Source: a virus
Length of the DNA: 64,000 nt
IMG/VR virus record: IMGVR_UViG_3300020530_000006
Direction: 5' to 3' (one strand)
This document shows, piece by piece, positions 8,847 through 18,655 of this stretch. Every line of letters starts with the position of its first letter. Positions within the stretch are counted from its first letter, which is position 1. Below the pieces are notes generated by a model, which did no database searches, had not been told where the DNA came from, and was given only the letters and a program-made list of their open reading frames with translations. Both the position numbers and the translations under genes were made by a program.

Positions 8847-9058
8847 ATTTTATATCAACATTTATTAAAAGCTTTACAGTATCTGTAGTATTTTTTGTGT
8901 TATTTGTTTCAAATATAGGCCCAATACTTGCTAAAAATTTTAATTGGCATGGAGATGATCCTAGTACTTTATTTGGGCCAGAATGGATTTGGAATTATGG
9001 TTTTATCATAGCATTAGTTTCTTTCTTCGTTTCAGCATTGTTGTTCGAAAGGACATAA
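8843..9058 (+). CDS. Hypothetical membrane protein
   Basis: Two TM segments. Confidence 0.6.
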   Translation: MNFISTFIKSFTVSVVFFVLFVSNIGPILAKNFNWHGDDPSTLFGPEWIWNYGFIIALVSFFVSALLFERT

Positions 9059-9061
9059 AAA

Positions 9062-9268
9062 ATGATTGATTTAAAGTGGTTTCATCCGTTTAATTTCTTG
9101 TTTTATAAAAGACCAAGAATGGATACACATTGGCATCCATCAGACGATCTTTGTCAATATGGTTTTAGTCTCGACCTTACCACCGAAATGTATTATTATA
9201 CATATGATTGGGGCCATGGTTTTAATTTCAGAATACTTGGATTTGGGATTGGAATAACAAGAGTGTAG
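9062..9268 (+). CDS. Hypothetical protein
   Basis: Tiled ORF with AGGA RBS. Confidence 0.55.
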   Translation: MIDLKWFHPFNFLFYKRPRMDTHWHPSDDLCQYGFSLDLTTEMYYYTYDWGHGFNFRILGFGIGITRV

Positions 9269-9271
9269 GTA

Positions 9272-9370
9272 ATATAATCCTACTAGGTAAGGAAAGCAAA
9301 AGGAGCATGGGAACTGTAGATACGTCACAGAAACGAACAGAGATACCGCACCTGCCTATTAGGATTGTAT
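9272..9370 (+). ncRNA. Unassigned structured RNA motif, copy B
   Basis: ~20-bp closing stem with G-U pairs, inner CTGT-A-GA-TACG-TC-ACAG hairpin, conserved blocks shared with 6723-6852. Confidence 0.65.
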
Positions 9371-9371
9371 C

Positions 9372-9581
9372 ATGAGTAAAACTATTAAAGAAAAATTTGA
9401 AACTTTTTTAGATACAGTAGATTGGAGTAGCCCAAAACTTTCTAGAAAAAAAGAATATCTACTCTACAAAATTAAAAACGCACAAAACGATGAAGAATTA
9501 TTAGATATAATGTGTGGAGTATTTTATCACGGCCATCAAGCATCTATAGTAAACTATTGGTGGTATATAGACAATGATTGA
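9372..9581 (+). CDS. Hypothetical protein
   Basis: Its AGGA RBS lies inside the copy B closing stem. Confidence 0.6.
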   Translation: MSKTIKEKFETFLDTVDWSSPKLSRKKEYLLYKIKNAQNDEELLDIMCGVFYHGHQASIVNYWWYIDND

Positions 9582-9680
9582 TAAGTACTTACATACCAAA
9601 TCAGATAGATCAAATAATTGAGATAGAACCAGAGGGTACACAAATGACATATAAACAATTTATCAAAAGGATATTAAATA

Positions 9681-10073
9681 ATGTATTATGAACTAATTCA
9701 AATAAACGATGAACTAAGATACACTATTGACAATCTGAAAAAACAATTAGCAGAATACGAAAAATGTACAGCACGAGTTTATGCTCCAGGTAAAAGTTAT
9801 AAAGAATTAGAAGAAAAATTAGCAAACTTTGAAGAAGAAAAGCAGAACGAAATTAATAGACTAATAGATACTATGGCTCAAGCAAATAAAGAAATACAAT
9901 CTCTTAGCCAAACAAATTATAATCTTAAGTCTACTAATATAAATCTAGAACAAACTATTGAACAACAAAATGTGGTCATAACTCTTGCTGCTGGTTATAT
10001 TAGTACCTCTAAAAGATTCAGTAATACTCATCCTATAGATGTTAAAAAGTGGCTAACTGGAGGTATGGAATGA
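9681..10073 (+). CDS. Coiled-coil hypothetical protein
   Basis: E/K/Q/L heptads. Confidence 0.65.
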   Translation: MYYELIQINDELRYTIDNLKKQLAEYEKCTARVYAPGKSYKELEEKLANFEEEKQNEINRLIDTMAQANKEIQSLSQTNYNLKSTNINLEQTIEQQNVVITLAAGYISTSKRFSNTHPIDVKKWLTGGME

Positions 10074-10282
10074 AATATATTTATTCACTAATACTATTAC
10101 TTGTTCCTCTTGGTCAATACTATACTTTAGAACCAAATACTCCAGTATGGTTTTGCATACCAGATGAACTTGGTTGGACAAGAGGAAATGTGGTATATCT
10201 ATGGGGATATTATCCAATGGTAAGCAGCGAAAAAGGATTAAAAGATTTCAAAGATATTAACTGGGAGATAGGCTATGAATAG
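10070..10282 (+). CDS. Hypothetical protein
   Basis: GGAGG RBS; signal-like N-terminus. Confidence 0.55.
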   Translation: MKYIYSLILLLVPLGQYYTLEPNTPVWFCIPDELGWTRGNVVYLWGYYPMVSSEKGLKDFKDINWEIGYE

Positions 10283-10514
10283 ATATAAAATTTGTAAATT
10301 TGTTGATGGTAACAACGAAGAATGGTATCAGGTTCGTAAAAGGGGTTTATTGTTCTGGTACTGGAGTTCTGATTGTGAACTTCTTGGCAGCGGAATACTG
10401 CGCACAGTTAAAAAGTTTTTTACAATCGAACAAGCAAAAGAATATATCAATAACGACATAAAATACCTTAAAAGAGGACAGATCAAAAAAGTAGACTGTT
10501 TTGATTATGAGTAA
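10275..10514 (+). CDS. Hypothetical protein
   Basis: Tiled ORF. Confidence 0.6.
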   Translation: MNRYKICKFVDGNNEEWYQVRKRGLLFWYWSSDCELLGSGILRTVKKFFTIEQAKEYINNDIKYLKRGQIKKVDCFDYE

Positions 10515-10673
10515 TTTAACACAAGAACAAAAGTTTGTTATCTTCTGGCTTTATAATAGAGTAGCAGAAAGGATACCACCTAATCCTATAAAGGGTGGAA
10601 GCGATGATATTATTCTTGATGGAATTAATGTAACAGAAACAGTTAGAGAATTACTACAAGAAAGACTATTCGT

Positions 10674-10892
10674 ATGACTTTCGAAGAATTTTTAAATCGC
10701 ATTGATAAAGTTTATTATGAAAACGAATTTGAACTTCGTTATGGTCAGACTATAATGAATGTGTTATACCAAATCTGGCCGGATCAATACAAAAAGATCA
10801 CCGGAACTGATCTTGATTGTTTTTATGATGACGGTACAGCACAATCAACTCTTGAGTATTTAGAGAAGGTGTGGAATGATCAGAACATTTGA
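10674..10892 (+). CDS. Hypothetical protein
   Basis: LRYGQ..N.L..DCFY. Confidence 0.65.
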   Translation: MTFEEFLNRIDKVYYENEFELRYGQTIMNVLYQIWPDQYKKITGTDLDCFYDDGTAQSTLEYLEKVWNDQNI

Positions 10893-11181
10893 AGAATGGT
10901 TAAACGAACTTGAGGGATTTTCTTTGCGTATGGAAAGAGCATACGATGATCTAGTCGTTAACCCTAAAGATGAGGTTGATAACTGGCAAAATATCAAACA
11001 GTGGTTAAAGGGGGCGTTTGATGCTGGATACGAGGCTGGTGAATTTAATAAACTATATCTTATTCAAAGTCTAAAGGTTGAAATACGAACACTAAACAAA
11101 GAGATTGCTGGATTAAGAGAAGAAAGACGGTCGATTGTTGACAAAGATTTTCCGCCAGGATATAATGCAAATCTACCATGA
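10876..11181 (+). CDS. Hypothetical protein
   Basis: Tiled ORF. Confidence 0.6.
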   Translation: MIRTFEEWLNELEGFSLRMERAYDDLVVNPKDEVDNWQNIKQWLKGAFDAGYEAGEFNKLYLIQSLKVEIRTLNKEIAGLREERRSIVDKDFPPGYNANLP

Positions 11182-11294
11182 CAAAACCGCTAACTAAAGA
11201 GTTTCTAATTAGTAGAAAAGTTTGTTGTTCTCATAAGTGTTTAAATTGTCCTTATGTTCCAAAGTGGATTAAAGGCAGCACAAAAATTAAATGA
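11178..11294 (+). CDS. DUF5522-like Cys-rich mini-protein (38 aa)
   Basis: FLISRKVCCSHKCLNCPY. Confidence 0.55.
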   Translation: MTKPLTKEFLISRKVCCSHKCLNCPYVPKWIKGSTKIK

Positions 11295-11370
11295 TCTATG
11301 AAATTGTGATATATTTTATTTGTTGCGAATTAATCATATCATTAGCAGAATATTGGATTAAAAGTTCCAG

Positions 11371-12054
11371 ATGAATGAAATAGTTATTATTAGCGATATT
11401 CATTTAGGAAGCGATGTTTGTCAGGTTGATCGACTATATAAATTTCTTGACAAGATACAAACACAAACCCTAATCATTAATGGAGACTTATTTGACAGTT
11501 GGGATTTTAGACGATTACGCAAGGATCACTGGAAAATATTAAAGAAACTCAGGCAACTGTCCGATAAGATAAAAGTAGTTTGGATTAGTGGAAATCACGA
11601 TGGGCCAGCAGAAATGGTGAGTCATCTTATTGGTGTGGATTTTGTTAATGAATACTTAGTAGAAAGTGGACACAAAAAAATGCTGGTTTTACATGGGGAT
11701 ATTTTTGATAACTTTATTTCCAAATATCCTATGTTTACAAAGTTTGCCGATAAGATTTATAGATTAATTCAAAGATATGATAGATTTCACAACAATCAAT
11801 ATTACTATTCTAATTTAGCAAAAAGAAATAGCAAAACTTTTTTAAGATGCTCAGAACAAATAGCAGATCGTGCATTACAATATTGCAAAGATAAAAATTG
11901 CGATTTTGTTATCTGTGGTCATACTCATGCCGTATTGACAAAAGCATCTGACATGGTAGAATACTATAACTGCGGCTGTTGGACAGAAAGTGTTTGTTCT
12001 TTTATCACTATTAATTCTGGAAATGTGGAGACAAAATATGAAAGACCGATTTAG
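11371..12054 (+). CDS. Calcineurin-like metallophosphoesterase (LpxH/LpxH2-like)
   Basis: SDIHLG, GDLFD, GNHD, HGD, GHTH motifs. Confidence 0.85.
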   Translation: MNEIVIISDIHLGSDVCQVDRLYKFLDKIQTQTLIINGDLFDSWDFRRLRKDHWKILKKLRQLSDKIKVVWISGNHDGPAEMVSHLIGVDFVNEYLVESGHKKMLVLHGDIFDNFISKYPMFTKFADKIYRLIQRYDRFHNNQYYYSNLAKRNSKTFLRCSEQIADRALQYCKDKNCDFVICGHTHAVLTKASDMVEYYNCGCWTESVCSFITINSGNVETKYERPI

Positions 12055-12292
12055 TCTTGAAAATGAAATTATGACTTTGCATACTTTTGCTGATAATCTT
12101 GGTACTTTGAGCGAAGGTATTCTTGAACATGGTTTGACTACAGATGAAACTGTAAATGCTATTGAGGGGCTACGAGTGATGCTCTCGCTTCAGGCAAATA
12201 AGTTGATGGATACCATGAGCCAGTGTTTTAAACTGGATCAATATAGAGATTGCGACTATACCGACCAAGACGCTAAAATGGATACTTATTAG
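12038..12292 (+). CDS. Hypothetical protein
   Basis: GGAG RBS; MKDRFSLE. Confidence 0.65.
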   Translation: MKDRFSLENEIMTLHTFADNLGTLSEGILEHGLTTDETVNAIEGLRVMLSLQANKLMDTMSQCFKLDQYRDCDYTDQDAKMDTY

Positions 12293-12519
12293 TGAACACA
12301 GAAATTTATCGACAAATCTCAAGTTTTTTAGATAGTGTGGGATCATACATTTACATGGAATATGGTTCAGACTTTCATAATGAATTTACCAAAGACAAAA
12401 ATTTGCAACGTATGTATAATTTTGTTGGTAGTTATTATTATCTTAGCGGAAATAATGTACCAGACACGGCAAGATATGTTGTGGAACTTTTAAATATGAT
12501 GCGTGATGGACGAGCATAA
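12292..12519 (+). CDS. Hypothetical protein
   Basis: Tiled ORF. Confidence 0.55.
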   Translation: MNTEIYRQISSFLDSVGSYIYMEYGSDFHNEFTKDKNLQRMYNFVGSYYYLSGNNVPDTARYVVELLNMMRDGRA

Positions 12520-12621
12520 ACAAGAAGATATTCCTATTTATGGATTAGAAATCAATGATGGGGTTAACGCCCCGTTTGCTGATTTATACTTAGATCTTTT
12601 TCCAGAACTTTATGATGTAGA

Positions 12622-12894
12622 ATGAAATCATTAGCAAGATATTATAAAGATAAAAATAACTTCGATGGTGTTGCTATGATAAGATTGGCACATGATGGTA
12701 TATACGAAGATTATTCAAAGTGGGTATCGGACAGTAGTTATTTATTCTTGTTTGATAACTCTATGAAAATAGGTCATATTTTACTATTCACCGATCCTGT
12801 TAAAGAAATAGATGATACTCGTATAATAATTAATCTAGATAAACCTAACTTATGTTTAGGTTTAGAACTATTTTATGGAGGAGCAACACCGTGA
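12622..12894 (+). CDS. Hypothetical protein
   Basis: Tiled ORF. Confidence 0.55.
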   Translation: MKSLARYYKDKNNFDGVAMIRLAHDGIYEDYSKWVSDSSYLFLFDNSMKIGHILLFTDPVKEIDDTRIIINLDKPNLCLGLELFYGGATP

Positions 12895-13082
12895 ATAGCG
12901 TAGAACAATTAATTCAGATGTTGCATAGCGTCACAGAATACGATATTATAGACTGTGGGCATGATTCCGAAGGTCACAAATGCTATGCTATTCGCAATCT
13001 TTCAACTAAACCATCCACACTTTTGCTTGGAAATTTAGAAACAACAAATTTTCCACAGTGGTGTGGTAAAAATAAACAATAG
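12891..13082 (+). CDS. Hypothetical protein
   Basis: GTG start after GGAGGAG. Confidence 0.55.
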   Translation: MNSVEQLIQMLHSVTEYDIIDCGHDSEGHKCYAIRNLSTKPSTLLLGNLETTNFPQWCGKNKQ

Positions 13083-13091
13083 GAAAACAAT

Positions 13092-13376
13092 ATGAAAAAT
13101 TTAGTAAAATGTTTTATAGTGATAATGCTTATGAGCGTTGGGTCAAGTTTATATGCTCAAAATTGGATACCATATCAAGAACCTATTCAACCAGTAGTAC
13201 AAACTCAAGTAATTTATGTATCTCAGCCTCAACCAGTAGTAGTTTATCAGTGGGTTCCATACGCTGTTCAGCAAAATGTAGTTGTGGAACAAAGACGGTT
13301 ATTTTGTGTGAATCAAACACTAGTTAGCAGACCAACAGTTCAATGGATTCTTCAACCAATAGTGATCTACAAATGA
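13092..13376 (+). CDS. Secreted P/V/Q/Y-rich protein
   Basis: Signal peptide ending SLYA; QPVVVYQWVPY low-complexity region. Confidence 0.65.
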   Translation: MKNLVKCFIVIMLMSVGSSLYAQNWIPYQEPIQPVVQTQVIYVSQPQPVVVYQWVPYAVQQNVVVEQRRLFCVNQTLVSRPTVQWILQPIVIYK

Positions 13377-13726
13377 AACCCAATCTTGAGTTAGATTTAA
13401 TGAAAAGTTATGAAATAGCAAATAAGTGTATACATAGCGATGTATATAGCCAAAACTTATATGCTGCTCTTTGTAATAACAGATTCTTTTACGGAGAAGA
13501 AGAATGGACTTGTTCTTGGAGATATGCTGGTGAAATAGTTGCGGATTTAGTCGATGCTAATGGTGATTATATGGATTACTATTGCTCTGGAATTGGAGAT
13601 AAGGCTGGATATGTAGCAGAGAGCGTTGTTACTGATGAAATACGTCTTGATTTAATGAAATTAGGATGGGTTGTTAGACCATATGAGCCAAAATTAAAAC
13701 CTGGGGTTTATACTAATGTTTGGTGA
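13373..13726 (+). CDS. Conserved large-phage hypothetical protein
   Basis: YSQNLYAALCNN..WTCSWRYAG..GDYMDYYCSG. Confidence 0.75.
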   Translation: MKPNLELDLMKSYEIANKCIHSDVYSQNLYAALCNNRFFYGEEEWTCSWRYAGEIVADLVDANGDYMDYYCSGIGDKAGYVAESVVTDEIRLDLMKLGWVVRPYEPKLKPGVYTNVW

Positions 13727-13729
13727 TAT

Positions 13730-13954
13730 ATGCCAAAAGTAACTTTTGAATTTAATTTACCAGAAGAAGAAAGAGAATATGAAGTAGCGTCCCAAGCAAA
13801 TCAGATGCAAAGTTTTTTGTGGGACTATTCTCAACAATTAAGAGCATGGTATAAATATGGTCACGCATTTAAAGATGCTGACGATGCCTTAGATAAGATA
13901 CGAGAAGAATTTTATAGATTACTGAACGATAATCAGGTTAATATAGACTTATGA
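13730..13954 (+). CDS. Hypothetical protein
   Basis: FEFNLPEE motif. Confidence 0.7.
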   Translation: MPKVTFEFNLPEEEREYEVASQANQMQSFLWDYSQQLRAWYKYGHAFKDADDALDKIREEFYRLLNDNQVNIDL

Positions 13955-14679
13955 GATTATTAAAAAGTAGAATAGACTATTGGAGCAATTCTAGACTCGC
14001 CAATTGGGTAAGGGGCGAGAATAAACCATACGCTCTTGAATGGCATAAATGGGATGAGTGGAAAAAAGAGCAAAAAAAGAAAAGACCATTCAGATATTGG
14101 TTAAGCGATACTGTTCTAAAGAAAATGCAAGATATTATTTATCTTCCACTCGATATTTATCGCACAATCAAAGTTTATGTTCGTAATAGATTTTTCGATA
14201 AACTTCACTATCTTAATACGGGCTTAAAAAAAGGAGAATATTACGACTTAGACTATAGAATGATCCACGCTCTATTCAATGAGTTGGTAGATTTTGTAGA
14301 ATTGGAATTATCTCACCTTAGTAGATACGACAAGAATAAAAAATACAAGTTTGTCAAAGGTCGCTGCCAAGAAGCACAAGATGATTATTTTAGATGGGCG
14401 AATCACCTAAAGCAACAGGGTCGATTAACAGAGCAGGCTAAAGCAAGTCGTAAGATTAAAGAACTGTACGAATGGTGGAAATATATTAGACCAAAAAGAG
14501 TTGATCCTTACTCTTGTAGTTCTTTCTCTTATGATATAGATGAAATCTTAGATAATAAAAACATAAAACAAAAACAAAAATCCTACAAGAAGGCGTATGA
14601 TTTACAAGAAAAGTATGATAATGAAGATACTGAGATGCTAATAGAACTTATTAAAATCAGAAATCATCTATGGACATAA
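13951..14679 (+). CDS. Conserved large-phage hypothetical protein
   Basis: IKELYEWWK..EMLIELIKIRNHLWT. Confidence 0.75.
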   Translation: MRLLKSRIDYWSNSRLANWVRGENKPYALEWHKWDEWKKEQKKKRPFRYWLSDTVLKKMQDIIYLPLDIYRTIKVYVRNRFFDKLHYLNTGLKKGEYYDLDYRMIHALFNELVDFVELELSHLSRYDKNKKYKFVKGRCQEAQDDYFRWANHLKQQGRLTEQAKASRKIKELYEWWKYIRPKRVDPYSCSSFSYDIDEILDNKNIKQKQKSYKKAYDLQEKYDNEDTEMLIELIKIRNHLWT

Positions 14680-14680
14680 T

Positions 14681-15304
14681 GTGTTAAAACTAAAAAAGCA
14701 ACCCTATAATAGCGTCTGGATTAGTGCCGACTCTCAAAAAGAATTGGGAGAAACATTTATTCGTTTTCAAGAGTATTATGAAAGCCCAAGTAAAAAATAT
14801 CGTAATAAGATATTTACTCTTGGCGACATTAAAAACTATTACAGTTTACAATATGGTGCTGATCTATACAGTGATTTATGGATAGGATTCAATTTTCCTA
14901 GTTCAGTTTTAGTACCATTTAAACAAGGATTATTTGACCCATTAACTTCTCAAGAAAAAGAATTATTGGGATCTCTTAAATATAGACATGATACCTTCTA
15001 TATTATAGGAGCACAAAATAATAGCACATTAAGACACGAACTATCTCATGCTATGTATGGATATGATTCTAGATATAAGAATGAAATAGATAATTTTATA
15101 TCTAAAAATAAAAAGGGCTTTCTTAAAGTATCTAAACATATACTTAAAAGAGGTTATGATAAGAGCGTATTGAACGATGAACTTCAAGCATACATCACCG
15201 ATAATGATGATGATTTTATTCGTAGTAATCTTGATCCTAATCTAATAAATGGCATACTATCTATTTATAAAAGGTATAGAAAACATGACAGAAAACTGGG
15301 ATGA
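14681..15304 (+). CDS. HExxH-motif protein (possible metallopeptidase)
   Basis: LRHELSHA plus downstream DELQAY. Confidence 0.55.
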   Translation: MLKLKKQPYNSVWISADSQKELGETFIRFQEYYESPSKKYRNKIFTLGDIKNYYSLQYGADLYSDLWIGFNFPSSVLVPFKQGLFDPLTSQEKELLGSLKYRHDTFYIIGAQNNSTLRHELSHAMYGYDSRYKNEIDNFISKNKKGFLKVSKHILKRGYDKSVLNDELQAYITDNDDDFIRSNLDPNLINGILSIYKRYRKHDRKLG

Positions 15305-15476
15305 ATTGTGCGATGAAGAAAAATCATTTAATGAATGGTTTAAAGAAAATAATTCTTTGATTTATGATTCATTTGATGTTACATTAGAAATATATAAAAA
15401 TATTTATATGCAAGGATATGCTGCTGGATTTCAGTCTAAATTAAAGTATTCTAGTGAGGAACATTTACAAAAATGA
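15285..15476 (+). CDS. Hypothetical protein
   Basis: Tiled ORF. Confidence 0.55.
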   Translation: MTENWDELCDEEKSFNEWFKENNSLIYDSFDVTLEIYKNIYMQGYAAGFQSKLKYSSEEHLQK

Positions 15477-15745
15477 AAGAACATATACCTCTAAAATACG
15501 AATGTTTAAATGGTTTATCAGATAAAATAAAGTCTTGCTCTGATGATAGGATAGCCAAACTTTTAATAGAAATGTATGATCTTATAGTTTATCAGATGAA
15601 TGAAATTAAAGAACAAAGAATGGAAATAATAGCATACAAACATAAAGCAGCATGGAAACATTATGATAAGCCTATAGAAAATTATGATCCTAACACAAGA
15701 CAGTACGTTGACAAGCCTCCAAAATCTGGTAATATGAGTTGTTAG
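15473..15745 (+). CDS. Hypothetical protein
   Basis: Tiled ORF. Confidence 0.6.
   Translation: MKEHIPLKYECLNGLSDKIKSCSDDRIAKLLIEMYDLIVYQMNEIKEQRMEIIAYKHKAAWKHYDKPIENYDPNTRQYVDKPPKSGNMSC
15708..15735 (+). promoter_or_regulatory. sigma70-type promoter
   Basis: TTGACA-16-TAATAT. Confidence 0.55.
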
Positions 15746-15755
15746 GAGAACACAA

Positions 15756-16004
15756 ATGTTATGGACTGAGGTTCGTTCTTGGGCAAAATCTAAAGGTTAT
15801 GAAACCATTAAAGATAAAGAAGATAACCAATATTATTGGGCCAAATTAGATTCTACTGAGCCAGAGGCTAGTGGTGTTGCTAAAAGTGTTAGTAAACTTG
15901 CTTTTGCTATTTACAATCATATGACAGATAATAAATGGTTGGATCATCAACAAAAGTATAAAGAAAATTTAGAAATTAAAAAGACGAACGTAAGTGACTA
16001 CTAA
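15756..16004 (+). CDS. Hypothetical protein
   Basis: AGGAG RBS. Confidence 0.65.
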   Translation: MLWTEVRSWAKSKGYETIKDKEDNQYYWAKLDSTEPEASGVAKSVSKLAFAIYNHMTDNKWLDHQQKYKENLEIKKTNVSDY

Positions 16005-16142
16005 AAAGAAAAATATTGTTTATACATGCGTTGTTGTGCCAGCGGCAGTTGCCAATGGTATTATTGGTGGTATTTCTAGCGTTATTACAGCGTATTTTTT
16101 TAAGCCAATATGGGATCGAACAATGAAATGGTGGAATAATAA

Positions 16143-16790
16143 ATGAATGTTAAACTAATAAGTGTTACTCCAGACGCAGAAAAACAGGTCGCATACTGTG
16201 CCAGAGTTAGCAATCCTAAAAATCAAGATAGCGACAATATATCTAAACTTCTCAAATATTGTATTGACCATGCTCATTGGTCTATATTTGAAATGGCATA
16301 TATGACTCTTGAAATTAATACCACGAGAGGTTTGGCCGCACAAATTTTACGTCATCGTAGTTTCACGTTTCAAGAATTTAGCCAAAGATATGCTGATGCT
16401 ACTCTTTTGAGTGAAGAAATTCCACTCTTTGAACTTCGTCGCCAAGATAATAAAAATAGACAAAACAGCATTGATGATATTGATCAAGAAGTAATTTATA
16501 GATGGAATAGTAAGTTGCGTGAACATTTTGCTAAATCAAAAGCAATTTATGATGGAATGATTAAGGACGGCATAGCAAAAGAGTGTGCAAGATTTGTATT
16601 GCCATTAGCAACACCCACCAGACTTTATATGAGTGGATCAATACGCTCATGGGTGCATTATATTGAGTTACGATCATCTCATGGAACTCAAAAAGAACAT
16701 ATGAATATAGCAAATGAATGTAAGTATATTTTTATTGAACAATTTCCTGTAATTGGAGAGGCTCTTGGGTGGAAAAATGAAACTATTTAA
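16143..16790 (+). CDS. thyX: Flavin-dependent thymidylate synthase
   Basis: HWSIFE, RHRSFTFQEFSQRY, ARFVLP, TQKEH. Confidence 0.95.
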   Translation: MNVKLISVTPDAEKQVAYCARVSNPKNQDSDNISKLLKYCIDHAHWSIFEMAYMTLEINTTRGLAAQILRHRSFTFQEFSQRYADATLLSEEIPLFELRRQDNKNRQNSIDDIDQEVIYRWNSKLREHFAKSKAIYDGMIKDGIAKECARFVLPLATPTRLYMSGSIRSWVHYIELRSSHGTQKEHMNIANECKYIFIEQFPVIGEALGWKNETI

Positions 16791-16971
16791 TATTACAGCA
16801 CAGGTTTATAAAAATAACGATAAATCAAAACAAAACCTATTGATTAATCAAACACATGATGGATCTTCATCAGAAGAAGCACTCTCTAATTTTAAATTAC
16901 ACTTTCCTTGTACAGAATTTTCTCTGGTAAAGATCCTATCTGTTGAAGAAATTTCTAAAGAAGCGGCTTGA
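16777..16971 (+). CDS. Hypothetical protein
   Basis: Tiled ORF. Confidence 0.5.
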   Translation: MKLFNITAQVYKNNDKSKQNLLINQTHDGSSSEEALSNFKLHFPCTEFSLVKILSVEEISKEAA

Positions 16972-16995
16972 CTCTGACCGATAATCTGATATATT
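16968..16995 (+). promoter_or_regulatory. sigma70-type promoter
   Basis: TTGACT-16-TATATT, CCGATA in spacer. Confidence 0.6.
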
Positions 16996-17013
16996 GTAAC
17001 CAAGGAAACTCCT

Positions 17014-17931
17014 ATGAACAGATACGGTCTTTGCTGCATCAGTCTTAAACTCAAAGAGCAAGGCTTTAGTCATCAAACTATGACCTATAAGCGTTTTAGT
17101 TCTCTGCCTAGAGAAGAAGCACTCTCTATTCTTGGTAGCAGAATTCAAAATAATCTTATGGTTACAGATAAGACTATACAATTTTGTGCAGAAAATAACT
17201 ATGTTTATCGTGTTAGTAGCGATATTTTTCCATTAATTACTTATGATGAAGCGAATGTTAAATTGGAGGATTTACCAAATTATGAGGCTATTGAGAATCA
17301 GTTTACGAATATTTCACAGACTATTTCCAGCACTGGCGTCCGCGTTTCTTGTCATCCTAGCGAATTTAATGTATTGGCATCTTTCAATACCAGAGCAGTC
17401 GATAAAACAATCAAAGAACTCAATTTCTACAGCAGTTTCTTCGACAGAATCGGCCTTGAAGCAAATTATACCAACCCAATGAATCTACATATTCATAATA
17501 AAAATGGAACACACTCTGAAATCATTGATCGGTTTATTCAAAATTTTAATCGTCTTGATCCTAATTGCAGGAGCAGACTGGTTATTGAAAATGATGACAA
17601 AATTAACTGCTGGAGTGTGAAAGAACTTATCGAACATTTTCATCCTGCAACAAATATTCCTATCACATTTGATTACCTTCATCACAAGTGTAATCCAGAT
17701 GGATTAAATGAGCAAGAAGCACTTGAGTCTTGCTATTTAACATGGCAAAGATACAGACCACTTTTTCACTATAGCGAAAGTAGACCTGGAAATAATCCAC
17801 GAGCCCACTCTGACTATGCTGAAAATCAATTCAATAATTATGGATTAGAATTTGATATTGACATGGAACTCAAAATGAAAGACTATGCTATAGAGCATCA
17901 CGCTGAAATTTGTAGAGGAGTAATGGTATGA
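17014..17931 (+). CDS. uvsE: UV-damage endonuclease UvsE/UVDE
   Basis: YRVSSDIFP, RVSCHP, IENDD, FDYLHH, HYSE, RAHSDY, ELKMKD. Confidence 0.92.
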   Translation: MNRYGLCCISLKLKEQGFSHQTMTYKRFSSLPREEALSILGSRIQNNLMVTDKTIQFCAENNYVYRVSSDIFPLITYDEANVKLEDLPNYEAIENQFTNISQTISSTGVRVSCHPSEFNVLASFNTRAVDKTIKELNFYSSFFDRIGLEANYTNPMNLHIHNKNGTHSEIIDRFIQNFNRLDPNCRSRLVIENDDKINCWSVKELIEHFHPATNIPITFDYLHHKCNPDGLNEQEALESCYLTWQRYRPLFHYSESRPGNNPRAHSDYAENQFNNYGLEFDIDMELKMKDYAIEHHAEICRGVMV

Positions 17932-18077
17932 GTGCATGGTTGATCGCTTTTACTGGATGTGTTTATTTTTATGTTGCTCTTGAGCAATATATTGTTCACA
18001 AAAATATTGGAATGTTAATTACATATATTGGTTATGCTTTTGCAAATATCGGACTTTATATGTTAGCAAATAAATAG
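17928..18077 (+). CDS. Small membrane protein (49 aa)
   Basis: GGAG RBS; YIGYAFANIGL. Confidence 0.6.
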   Translation: MSAWLIAFTGCVYFYVALEQYIVHKNIGMLITYIGYAFANIGLYMLANK

Positions 18078-18196
18078 GAATATAATTATGGAAGAACCAA
18101 AGCGTATACCTCTTACAGATAATCCAAAACAAAAAGAACCACAAAAACTTAGACTTTTTCCAGACGATGATTCTTTTTTAGATGATCTTGATAAAA

Positions 18197-18655
18197 ATGA
18201 AAATTATCAACAAAACAATTCGCAAAGCATACAACAATTGGAATCCGACAAGACTAATTAGATGCTATCACTATGCTGCCGCATTTGATGGAACAAAACT
18301 GATTTGTTTCACCCAAAACAACCCGATTAAAACACATACTGGTGCTTACAAGATAGGCGAAGATTTTAATCTTCCAAAATATAAGGAACACCCTTTTTAT
18401 CATGCTGAAAGTCATCTTATTTCTAAACTGCTTGATCGCTATAATACCATTGATCTTAGTTGGTCAGTTGTTGTTATGCGTATTAATAGAAAAGGATTAA
18501 TTCTTGGAAGCAAGCCTTGCGAAAATTGTGATAAACTTTTGAGCAGCGTTGGATTGACTGATATTTATTATAGTACCGACTGTGGGAATTTTAGTGACAG
18601 TTTTGGAAATCTCGTTCAAGTAGACCAGTTGACAGTTCCGATGAGTATGGTATAA
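18197..18655 (+). CDS. Zn-dependent deaminase-fold protein
   Basis: HAE..SKPCENC. Confidence 0.8.
   Translation: MKIINKTIRKAYNNWNPTRLIRCYHYAAAFDGTKLICFTQNNPIKTHTGAYKIGEDFNLPKYKEHPFYHAESHLISKLLDRYNTIDLSWSVVVMRINRKGLILGSKPCENCDKLLSSVGLTDIYYSTDCGNFSDSFGNLVQVDQLTVPMSMV

Noticed and set aside
9272-9370. Resemblance to THF (ATGGGA, AACGAA) or cobalamin (ACCTGCC end) riboswitches
   Set aside because: Core elements are missing: no GCGTTAAGTG or pseudoknot partner, and no GCCACTG/GGGAAG B12 core. Copy A also lacks AACGAA
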